Below are positions 48,616 to 57,918 of a stretch of 64,000 nt of DNA, piece by piece. Both the position numbers and the translations under genes were made by a program. The notes beneath the pieces are model-generated. The model saw only the letters and a program-made list of their open reading frames with translations. It was not told where the DNA came from and ran no database searches. The first letter of the stretch is position 1; each line of letters begins with the position of its first letter. Source of the stretch: Nibricoccus sp. Its GTDB lineage: Bacteria; Verrucomicrobiota; Verrucomicrobiia; Opitutales; Opitutaceae. The stretch is taken from contig JASGHG010000001.1 in assembly GCA_047602425.1 (NCBI GenBank), positions 2,144,001 to 2,208,000 of the forward strand. Reading direction: 5' to 3'.

Positions 48616-50901
48616 GTGTCCAGCCCCTCCCCGCTTCATTCTTCCGCGTCGGCCGCCGCCAGCCTCGACGCACTCATGTCCCGAGTGGTTTCAGATGCCA
48701 CTCAGGCCATCGTCGTGTGCGATGGTCAGATGTCGGGGCGGCCGATTTTGCATGTGAATCCCGAATTCGAACGCCTGACGGGCTACGCGCGTTCGGAGGC
48801 GTTAAAGAAAACGCTTCGCATGCTCCTACGCCCCTCGGGCGATGCCCACGAATGGGACGGTGTCGATGCCGCGCTGGTCGGCGATCAAGCCTGGCGCAAA
48901 CCCCTTCCGGCCGCCCGCAAGGACGGCACGGTTTTCTGGGCGGACCTGCACGTGTATCCACTCCGTCACGACAACAAGATCACGCACTGGGCCTGTATGC
49001 TGACCGACGTTACCGAACGTCTCGAACTGCACCAAGCCCTGCATGACAGCGAAGCGCGCCTGCGCTTGCTCGCCGAAAACATCCGCGACCTCGTCGTCGT
49101 GCACCATCTGGACGGCAAGTGCAGCTACGTTTCTCCTTCTTGCCAGACGATGCTCGGCTCCGGGCCCGAAATACTTGTCGGCGACATGTGGATTTCCGTT
49201 TTTCATCCAGCCGACCAAGCCCGCGCGCGCCGGACGTTCGAAAATCATTTTACCAGCCGCGAAGAGAGTCATCTGATTCATCGCCTGCGCCGACACGACG
49301 GCAGCTATCTTTGGGCTGAAACCATCAGCAAAACCCGACGCGACTCCGCAGGCCGGCCGGACGGCATCATTTCCGTCACACGCGACATCAGCAAACGCCG
49401 CCACGCTCAGGAAAATCTTGCCGCGATGCACAGCCTCCTCGACATGGTTTATGAAACCGTGCCGATCGGACTCTGCCTGCTCGATGCCGCCGGTAACATC
49501 ATTCAGTGCAATCGCGCGTTTGCGCGCGCGTTCGATCAGCCGCCCGACGCGCTCGCCGGGCAGGCCGCCGACACGATTCTCCCGACCACCGCACTCAGTC
49601 GTGCCACGATCAACCAACATCATCCGTGCGAATGCGAATGTGTCGACAGTCACGGCACCATGTTTCCCGCGGAATTGACGGTGGTGGTTTTCGAACCAAA
49701 TTCCATCGCCAATCGTCTTGTCGCACTCAACAGCCTGCGGGAACGGAAGAAAATCGAGTCGCGTCTGCGTGAAATCAACCAGCTCGAAAGTCTTGGCACG
49801 CTGGCCGGCGGCATCGCCCACGATTTCAACAACATGCTTTCGATTGTGCTCGCCTATGCGAGCTTGCTGCGCGACGCCTCGGGCGATCCGGCACGCATTT
49901 CGCATTACGCCGATACGATTCTCGATGCAGGAAGACGTGGCGCCAGCGTCGTCCGTCAGCTTCAACTTTTTGCCAATACCCACGAAGCCGAACTCGCTCC
50001 GGCCAATATTCACGAACTCATCGACAAGGCTTTAGCGGAACACGGCCCGGCCTCCGTCAGCCCCGTGCAGCTGGTAAAACAGTTCGGCGCCACCAAGGCC
50101 GTCGTCACGATCGATGCCGGTCAATTTGTGCAGGCCATTGGCCGGCTGATCGACAATGCGGTGGAGGCCATGCCCGCGGGAGGCACGCTCACGCTGCGCA
50201 CCACGGAAGTGCAACAAGCCGCCTTCACCCCGGCCGGCATGGGGGAACAGAAAAATTTTCTTCGTATCAGCGTAGAGGATACAGGCGCCGGCATGGATGC
50301 CGACACGCGCTCCCGGATGTTCGAACCGTTTTTCTCGCGCGGAAAAAAAGCCGACTCCGCCGGCGTGGGACTCGCGGTGGTTTACGGTATCATGCGCGCG
50401 CATGGCGGTTCGATCGAGGTCGACAGCGCGCCAGGCCAGGGCACTCGCGTGCACCTGCTTTTCCCTCGCACGGAAGCCCCTGCCGTTGTTGCGTCGCGCC
50501 CGCCTTTCGTTCCGGTCGGGCCGGCTCACGAACGCCGAACCATTCTCCTCGCCGAGGACGAACAAGACATTGGCATGCTTTGGCAGGAAGTGTTCCCCGC
50601 CGCCGGCTGGCGCGTGATTTGGGCGCGCGACGGCAGCGAAGCCCTGAGACTTTTCCGCGTGCACCGCGAGGAAATCGCGCTCGTCTTCACCGACATTATT
50701 ATGCCTCTGGTCGATGGTTGGCAGGTGGCTGAAACCGTCCGTCAGGAAGAGCCCAAGATGCCTCTGCTGATTGCGAGTGGCGCGTTCCGTCGCGGCGATC
50801 GCAGCCGCACGATTGTGGGACCCGTGACGTACCTTTCCAAACCGTACGTTCCCTCCAATGTTCTCAAACTCATCGAGAACTTGGTGAAGACCCAAGTCTG
50901 A
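48616..50901 (+). CDS. Cytoplasmic PAS-PAS-PAS hybrid histidine kinase with receiver
   Basis: PAS/PAC repeats; LAGGIAHDFNNML H-box; DNAVEAMP, DTGAGM, FEPFFS; C-terminal AEDE..FTDIIMP..SKP; start uncertain (48616 or 48676). Confidence 0.92.
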   Translation: MSSPSPLHSSASAAASLDALMSRVVSDATQAIVVCDGQMSGRPILHVNPEFERLTGYARSEALKKTLRMLLRPSGDAHEWDGVDAALVGDQAWRKPLPAARKDGTVFWADLHVYPLRHDNKITHWACMLTDVTERLELHQALHDSEARLRLLAENIRDLVVVHHLDGKCSYVSPSCQTMLGSGPEILVGDMWISVFHPADQARARRTFENHFTSREESHLIHRLRRHDGSYLWAETISKTRRDSAGRPDGIISVTRDISKRRHAQENLAAMHSLLDMVYETVPIGLCLLDAAGNIIQCNRAFARAFDQPPDALAGQAADTILPTTALSRATINQHHPCECECVDSHGTMFPAELTVVVFEPNSIANRLVALNSLRERKKIESRLREINQLESLGTLAGGIAHDFNNMLSIVLAYASLLRDASGDPARISHYADTILDAGRRGASVVRQLQLFANTHEAELAPANIHELIDKALAEHGPASVSPVQLVKQFGATKAVVTIDAGQFVQAIGRLIDNAVEAMPAGGTLTLRTTEVQQAAFTPAGMGEQKNFLRISVEDTGAGMDADTRSRMFEPFFSRGKKADSAGVGLAVVYGIMRAHGGSIEVDSAPGQGTRVHLLFPRTEAPAVVASRPPFVPVGPAHERRTILLAEDEQDIGMLWQEVFPAAGWRVIWARDGSEALRLFRVHREEIALVFTDIIMPLVDGWQVAETVRQEEPKMPLLIASGAFRRGDRSRTIVGPVTYLSKPYVPSNVLKLIENLVKTQV

Positions 50902-51088
50902 TCGTTCCGCAGAGTCGCATTTGCGGTCCCTCGTTTGAAATCAAACCGGCCCGGGCGTACTGTCACAGACAAGTAAAATAACCCGGCCCGTTTTTCGCCT
51001 TTCGCTTCTGACAAAAGCCGTTACGTTGTCTTTCTTCCCTCAAGCCCGCCTCCGCGGTCTTCCCCCTTTTCTCGCGTTCGCACTGCCC

Positions 51089-52624
<1,536 letters not shown>

Positions 52625-52820
52625 TTTCGCCACAAGGCGTCGCCGTCCGCTTTAGGTGTATAACATGGTTCGTCAAACGCGACGCGCACGCGCGGGCAAA
52701 AGGTTCCACTGAAGCCAACGCGCCGTGCGGAAATACCCCGGTTGGTCTGGGTAAATTTTCTGCAGGGCGAAGGCGCTTTGGGCTAAACTCAGGGGACGTT
52801 GGGTCCGATTGCGGAACTAC

Positions 52821-53309
52821 ATGCAATTTTTGTGCGTTAAACACCGCTTGGCTTTGTTGTTCGGCCCCCTCGCCGGGTTGTCGATCCTGTTGCTATTCAG
52901 CGGTTGCACCACGGATCCCATCGCCCCGCAGTCAGGCCTGCCGCGCGCCAAGGCGCTTGCGATGGCTCAGCAAACCGCGGATGCCTTTGGCGGCCGGGTG
53001 TTTACGATTGCCCCGACGGGCAGCATGAAGCCCACGCTCGACGAAAACAGTGTCGTGACGGTCGAAGTTGTGCCGTTCGATGATCTGCGCGTCGGCGATA
53101 TCGTCATTTATCGCGACAGTGCTGGCCTTCCCATCGTGCATCGCCTGCACCACAGAAGCGGCAGCCGTTGGATCGTATTGGGTGACAACAACTCCAGCAC
53201 CGACCGAGAAACCGTTACCGCGGTCAATCTCGTGGGCCGCGTGTGTGCCATTTTTTATACTTCGTCCGGCGCGAGTCCCGCTGGCACCACTGCCTTGGCA
53301 AATAGGTAA
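52821..53309 (+). CDS. S26B (SipW-like) peptidase-domain lipoprotein
   Basis: Lipobox-like FSGC; TGSMKPTL, VGDIVIY, IVHRL, LGDNN. Confidence 0.75.
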   Translation: MQFLCVKHRLALLFGPLAGLSILLLFSGCTTDPIAPQSGLPRAKALAMAQQTADAFGGRVFTIAPTGSMKPTLDENSVVTVEVVPFDDLRVGDIVIYRDSAGLPIVHRLHHRSGSRWIVLGDNNSSTDRETVTAVNLVGRVCAIFYTSSGASPAGTTALANR

Positions 53310-53344
53310 TTTTCTACCCCCGGTGTGAGGAATCAAAGAAAACG

Positions 53345-53371
53345 CTAAAGCTCGTCTATTTCGGCCGATAA
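53345..53371 (+). promoter_or_regulatory. Sigma-28-like promoter upstream of cheX
   Basis: CTAAAG..GCCGATAA; consensus -10 element, spacer one base shorter than the E. coli consensus. Confidence 0.65.
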
Positions 53372-53408
53372 TACTTCCGGAGCAGAATCTCTTACCCTCC
53401 AGACACTC

Positions 53409-53942
53409 ATGCCAACCATCGATCAAATCAGCGAATCAGTGTTTCGGGAGACCATTAGCCGGGCAGTCCAGGACGTTTTTAAAACCATGCTCGGCCGGAC
53501 CGCAGCACTGGCTGACAGCGCCGACTCCGTGATCTCCGAAAACACCCAATGGGACCATCCCGTCCAAATCACCGGTCAGCAAGTCGTCGGCACCGTCGGT
53601 TTCATCGGTGACATCAGCGGGCTCATTTATCTCTACCTCGACGCCGAATTCGCCAACGACATCGCCTCGCATATGCTGGGCATGAGTCGGGCCGAACTTG
53701 AAGAAGCCGGTGACGAAGTCGTCAACGACGCCGTCGGCGAACTGGCCAACATGACCGTTGGCACGTTCAAAAACCAACTGGCCGACAAGGGCTTCCCTTG
53801 CAAGTTGACCATCCCGTCGATTCTCCGTGGCAGCAATTTTTCCATCGAGCCAATCAGCTCGGCCACCCGACGCATTTACCGTTTCAAAATCGGCGATCAT
53901 CAGCTCGTCGCCGACCTTCTGATGAAAACCGGTGATGCCTGA
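53409..53942 (+). CDS. cheX: CheX-family phosphatase
   Basis: VGFIGDISG; DAVGELANMTVG (ExxN motif); LTIPSILRG. Confidence 0.9.
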   Translation: MPTIDQISESVFRETISRAVQDVFKTMLGRTAALADSADSVISENTQWDHPVQITGQQVVGTVGFIGDISGLIYLYLDAEFANDIASHMLGMSRAELEEAGDEVVNDAVGELANMTVGTFKNQLADKGFPCKLTIPSILRGSNFSIEPISSATRRIYRFKIGDHQLVADLLMKTGDA

Positions 53943-53971
53943 TCCCGCCAACATTTCACGCCGCCCACTGT

Positions 53972-55129
53972 ATGCGCTATAAAATTCTCACCGTCGACGA
54001 TTCCAAGACTGTCCGAATCATTGTTAAGAAGGCTTTCAAGACCTTCGATTGCGAAATCCTCGAAGCTGCCAACGGCGTCGAAGGCCTCGCTTCGGCCTCA
54101 AAGGAAAATCCCGACCTCATCCTCCTCGACATCACCATGCCGGTCATGGACGGCGTCGAAATGCTCACGAAGCTTAAGTCCGACCCCGCGCTCAAGGGCA
54201 TTCCCGTCATCATGCTCACCGCTGAAGGCGGCCGTGATAACGTGCTCAAGATTGCGAAGATCGGCGTCCGCGATTACATCGTGAAACCTTTCAAGGAAGA
54301 TGTGCTCGTCGAGAAATGCGGTCGCATCATCGACCTCAAGCCTCTCGCCGAAGGCCCGCAGAAAGCCAAATCCATTTTCGATCCCGCCACGATCCTCATC
54401 GTCGAGGACAAGCCCGCGATCATTCAACAGATCCAGGAAGGCTTGAAGCATACGCCTTGGAAAATCCATGGCGTCAGTACCACGGGTGAAGGCATCGATT
54501 TTTGCTCAAAGAACACGCCCGATCTGATCATCATCAGCCTTTCTTTGGCCGAGGATGCGGCGTTCACTCTTTTCCGCCTGATCCGCCAGAATGTTAAGAC
54601 GAAGTACACGCCCATCTTCGCGCTCGTCGTCAAGACCGAACTGGCCGTTCAACAACAGGCGCAACAAGTCGGTTTCTCGTACATCGTCACCAAGCCGATC
54701 GAAGTTCCGGAGCTCGAGTCGAAGGTCGCGAAAGCGATGAACCTCGATACTTCCCAACGTTATTTCACGCTCGATGGCGATGTCTTCATCATGCGCCTGC
54801 CGGAGAATTGTTCGCAGACCGTCGTCGGCGAAGTCCTCAATTACCTGAAGCCAAAGATCTCCGAAGCAGTCGACAGCGGCATCGTCAAAGCCGTGATCGA
54901 TCTTCACGAGCTCAAGGGTCTCAACATGGCCGTGATCAAACTTCTCATCCAAGCGATGCAGACCTGCAAGGACCTCGCCCTCCAATATACCTTGGTCGGC
55001 AACACGCAGATCGTTTCCGAATGCAAAGGCTTTGAAGACACCCGCAGCTGGCAGTTCCACGATTCCCTCGCGGATGCCAAAGCCAGCTTCGGCCGCACCG
55101 CTTCCCCCGCCCAACCTGCGGTGGCTTGA
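53972..55129 (+). CDS. Response regulator: receiver + pseudo-receiver + STAS-like domain
   Basis: REC1 VDDS..LLDITMP..LTA..VKPF; REC2 VEDK..IIISLSL..TKP; C-terminal VIDL..L pattern. Confidence 0.85.
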   Translation: MRYKILTVDDSKTVRIIVKKAFKTFDCEILEAANGVEGLASASKENPDLILLDITMPVMDGVEMLTKLKSDPALKGIPVIMLTAEGGRDNVLKIAKIGVRDYIVKPFKEDVLVEKCGRIIDLKPLAEGPQKAKSIFDPATILIVEDKPAIIQQIQEGLKHTPWKIHGVSTTGEGIDFCSKNTPDLIIISLSLAEDAAFTLFRLIRQNVKTKYTPIFALVVKTELAVQQQAQQVGFSYIVTKPIEVPELESKVAKAMNLDTSQRYFTLDGDVFIMRLPENCSQTVVGEVLNYLKPKISEAVDSGIVKAVIDLHELKGLNMAVIKLLIQAMQTCKDLALQYTLVGNTQIVSECKGFEDTRSWQFHDSLADAKASFGRTASPAQPAVA

Positions 55130-55174
55130 GCTAACAATTCCAGCCGCGATCATCGATCTGCGGCTCCCTGCGAG

Positions 55175-55207
55175 ACCGCGCCTCCTTTACCCGAGGCGCG
55201 GTTTTTT
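55175..55207 (+). terminator. Rho-independent terminator
   Basis: accgcgcctc..gaggcgcggt followed by T-run. Confidence 0.85.
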
Positions 55208-55333
55208 GTTAAAGGCCAGCGGCTTACGCGGTGAAAAGTTCTTTGAAAAACTCCTCCAGTAAAACCCCTATACGGTCGATAAAGAAGCGGGAACCTTCTC
55301 AGACAATCCGCCACTCGGATTGAAGGGATTGAC

Positions 55334-55909
55334 ATGACTTTTTCCAATGACACGCAGCTAACCGATGTAACCCGGCTCACCCGACATCTCGTGTTAGCCA
55401 CCCTGCTGGCCGCGCCCATCCCAAGCTACGCCACGCTTCAGACTTCCAGGCACCTCGCCTCCTCCATCAGGGCCGACCAACACGCCCCGGCCCCAGTCGC
55501 GCGCCAGCGAACGAACCGCACTTATTTGGCTATGGTGGGCCCGGCCGCTCTCACGTTTGCTAACACCGAGCTTCCGCTTCCGCCCGAGCCCGTGATGCCC
55601 GAACCGCCAAAACCCAAACACGAGTCCAGCCAGACCGCTTCGGCCAACTCGACGACCGGCAACGCCGCCGTCACATCCGATACCGCCGCCCTCAAACCAG
55701 CGACTGAGACCCCGGATTCGAGCACTTCGTCCAACAACAACGGTTCAAAGCCCATTTCCATTCTTCCCGACGACACCCGACGCGAGATCCGCGCCGAAGA
55801 CGTTCTGCCCTACTTCCAATTCCCCGGCTCCGCCGATAGCAGCTCTGTCATTATCAATCCGGCGCCAGCCGCCGCACCACCCAGCACAGCGACCTACCGT
55901 CAGCAATGA
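55334..55909 (+). CDS. Hypothetical Pro/Ser/Thr-rich protein, probably exported
   Basis: Hydrophobic N-terminal stretch, low-complexity core, ATGA overlap with the next gene. Confidence 0.7.
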   Translation: MTFSNDTQLTDVTRLTRHLVLATLLAAPIPSYATLQTSRHLASSIRADQHAPAPVARQRTNRTYLAMVGPAALTFANTELPLPPEPVMPEPPKPKHESSQTASANSTTGNAAVTSDTAALKPATETPDSSTSSNNNGSKPISILPDDTRREIRAEDVLPYFQFPGSADSSSVIINPAPAAAPPSTATYRQQ

Positions 55910-57369
55910 GCACCCGCCTCACTTTTCTGTTCCTCCTCCCCGCCGCCCTCGCGGTGGGCAGTGAACCCGTTCCGCCCAAAGCTCTGCCTGCTTCGGCCGC
56001 AGAACACGCCGCTGCACCGGCGGTTCAACCTCCGGCCCAACCAAGCTCCACAACGCAGGACGTGCATCCTGTGTCCGCGGCGGAACACGCACCTTCCGCG
56101 GCATTATCGGGAGAGGCAGCTTCGGCTCATACCGAAAAAGAGGCGGTCAAGGACAAAGCCCAAACCACCCCCCAACCCCAATTTACGATTCACCCCCCCA
56201 GTTCGAAAGCTTCTGCCACGCCCGAGGAGGTCGCCAGTCTTCTTCGCATCGGCATGACCAAGCTTGAGCAGGGCGATTACGTTTCCTCTGAACTCGCCTT
56301 CCGACAGGTCCTCACCGAAAAGGCCACCAAGCAACAGGATCACTCCGCCCTCATGGGCCTCGCCCGGACCTATCGCAAGAAATCCGAGTTCACCAAGGCT
56401 GCTGCGATTTACGAAACCGTCATTCAAAAATATCCCGAAGACGCGCTTCTCCCGACCGTTTATCTCGAACTCGGCCGCACCCTTCGCGCACTCGGCGCCT
56501 ACAAAATCGCCATCGCCCGTTTCTACAGCGTGATCAATACCACGCTCAAACTTCCTGATGAAAACGCCGACACGTATCGCCAACTCGCCCGCACCGCGCA
56601 ATTCGAAATCGCGGAAACCCATTTCCAAGCCGGCGAATTCGACGAAGCGAGCCGCTACTTCGCCCGGCTGAAACTTCTCGATCTCGCGCCCGAAGACCGA
56701 GCCCGCGCTCATTTCAAATCCATCTATTCTCTCGTGCGTGCCGGCGACGACGAAAAAGCCGTTCCTGGCTTTCGCGCTTACTTGGATCAAAATCCCAACG
56801 ACGAAAACGTGCCCGAGGCTCGTTATCTTTTATCCGTCTCCCTGCGCAAGCTGGGCCGTTACAACGAATCGCTTTCCGCCGCCCTCGAGCTTCTCCGGGC
56901 CGAGAAAAAATACGTCGAAAGCGATCCCAAGCGTTGGGCCTACTGGCAGCGCAAAACCGGCAACCAGCTCGCCAACCAATTCTACGATCAAGGCGACTTC
57001 GGCAGCGCCCTCATCATCTACCAAAATCTCTCAAACCTTTCGCCAGAACCAAGCTGGCGCCTCCCCGTTCTCTACCAGATCGGTCTTTGCAATGAGCGCC
57101 TCCATCTCATGGACCGTGCCCGCGAATGCTATGACACGATCATCGAGGCCACGAGGAATGCCTCCAAAGAATCGCCCCGCCGCCAGGAACTCATTGACCT
57201 CTTTGACATGGCGGAAAGCCGACTCTTGCATTTATTCTGGATGCAAAATACTGAACGCAAGCTGACCGTCATCTTCCCCAACGAACGCGAACGCATCGCC
57301 AATCTCACCGCCCCCCATGAGCCAAAACCAGACGGAAGCGCTGAAAAAACACCTGCAACTGTGCGATGA
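55906..57369 (+). CDS. Exported TPR protein
   Basis: Signal peptide, Pro/Ala linker, multiple TPR motifs. Confidence 0.85.
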   Translation: MSTRLTFLFLLPAALAVGSEPVPPKALPASAAEHAAAPAVQPPAQPSSTTQDVHPVSAAEHAPSAALSGEAASAHTEKEAVKDKAQTTPQPQFTIHPPSSKASATPEEVASLLRIGMTKLEQGDYVSSELAFRQVLTEKATKQQDHSALMGLARTYRKKSEFTKAAAIYETVIQKYPEDALLPTVYLELGRTLRALGAYKIAIARFYSVINTTLKLPDENADTYRQLARTAQFEIAETHFQAGEFDEASRYFARLKLLDLAPEDRARAHFKSIYSLVRAGDDEKAVPGFRAYLDQNPNDENVPEARYLLSVSLRKLGRYNESLSAALELLRAEKKYVESDPKRWAYWQRKTGNQLANQFYDQGDFGSALIIYQNLSNLSPEPSWRLPVLYQIGLCNERLHLMDRARECYDTIIEATRNASKESPRRQELIDLFDMAESRLLHLFWMQNTERKLTVIFPNERERIANLTAPHEPKPDGSAEKTPATVR

Positions 57370-57781
57370 AGTTCACCAGCTCGCCCTGGAGGAAAATCGT
57401 TTCCTGAAACAACACCAGCGTACGCCCGACGCACACCTTCTCGAACGCAAGCGCTCCCTCCTTGCCCGCCTCGACGAAAGCCTCGCCGCAGTCAAAGCCA
57501 CCGCTCTGGAAAATTCCAATTCCCAAAGTTCAAATCCCACCGGAGGCGCCTCTGAAATTTCAAAACTGAAATCTCAGATTTCCTCTCCTCGCCCGGACCC
57601 CGAACGCAAGGAAACCATCGAGAAAGCCCGCGCCAAGATCCTGCAAATTCTCCATCTCGACCGCGAAAACGAGCAGCTTCTCCTTCGTTTCAGCCTCAGC
57701 GCCCGCCCGGCGGCGCCCGTTGCCCCGCCCGCTCCTCCACCCATTTCCCAGATCCAAAAAATCTACGACCGCCACCCTTGA
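57317..57781 (+). CDS. FlgN-like helical protein (putative flagellar export chaperone)
   Basis: LEENRFLK..LLERKRSLL..LDRENEQLL coiled-coil pattern in a motility cluster; family call is tentative. Confidence 0.6.
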   Translation: MSQNQTEALKKHLQLCDEVHQLALEENRFLKQHQRTPDAHLLERKRSLLARLDESLAAVKATALENSNSQSSNPTGGASEISKLKSQISSPRPDPERKETIEKARAKILQILHLDRENEQLLLRFSLSARPAAPVAPPAPPPISQIQKIYDRHP

Positions 57782-57918
57782 TGGCCGCATGGACCAAACC
57801 GGCGCTCACGAGAATTTTTTATATTTTTCTGCCATGCTTCGACCTTGCTCCGGCCGGCCTATGCGTTAGCTAATCAGAGCCCTGCCGACTCCCGACTGTT
57901 CCCCTACAGCACCGCCCA

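Noticed and set aside
48670..49020. First PAS domain of the hybrid kinase as a LOV photosensor
   Set aside because: It has VN..FERLTGY but reads KKTLRML where LOV domains need GRNCRFLQ; the flavin-adduct Cys is absent.
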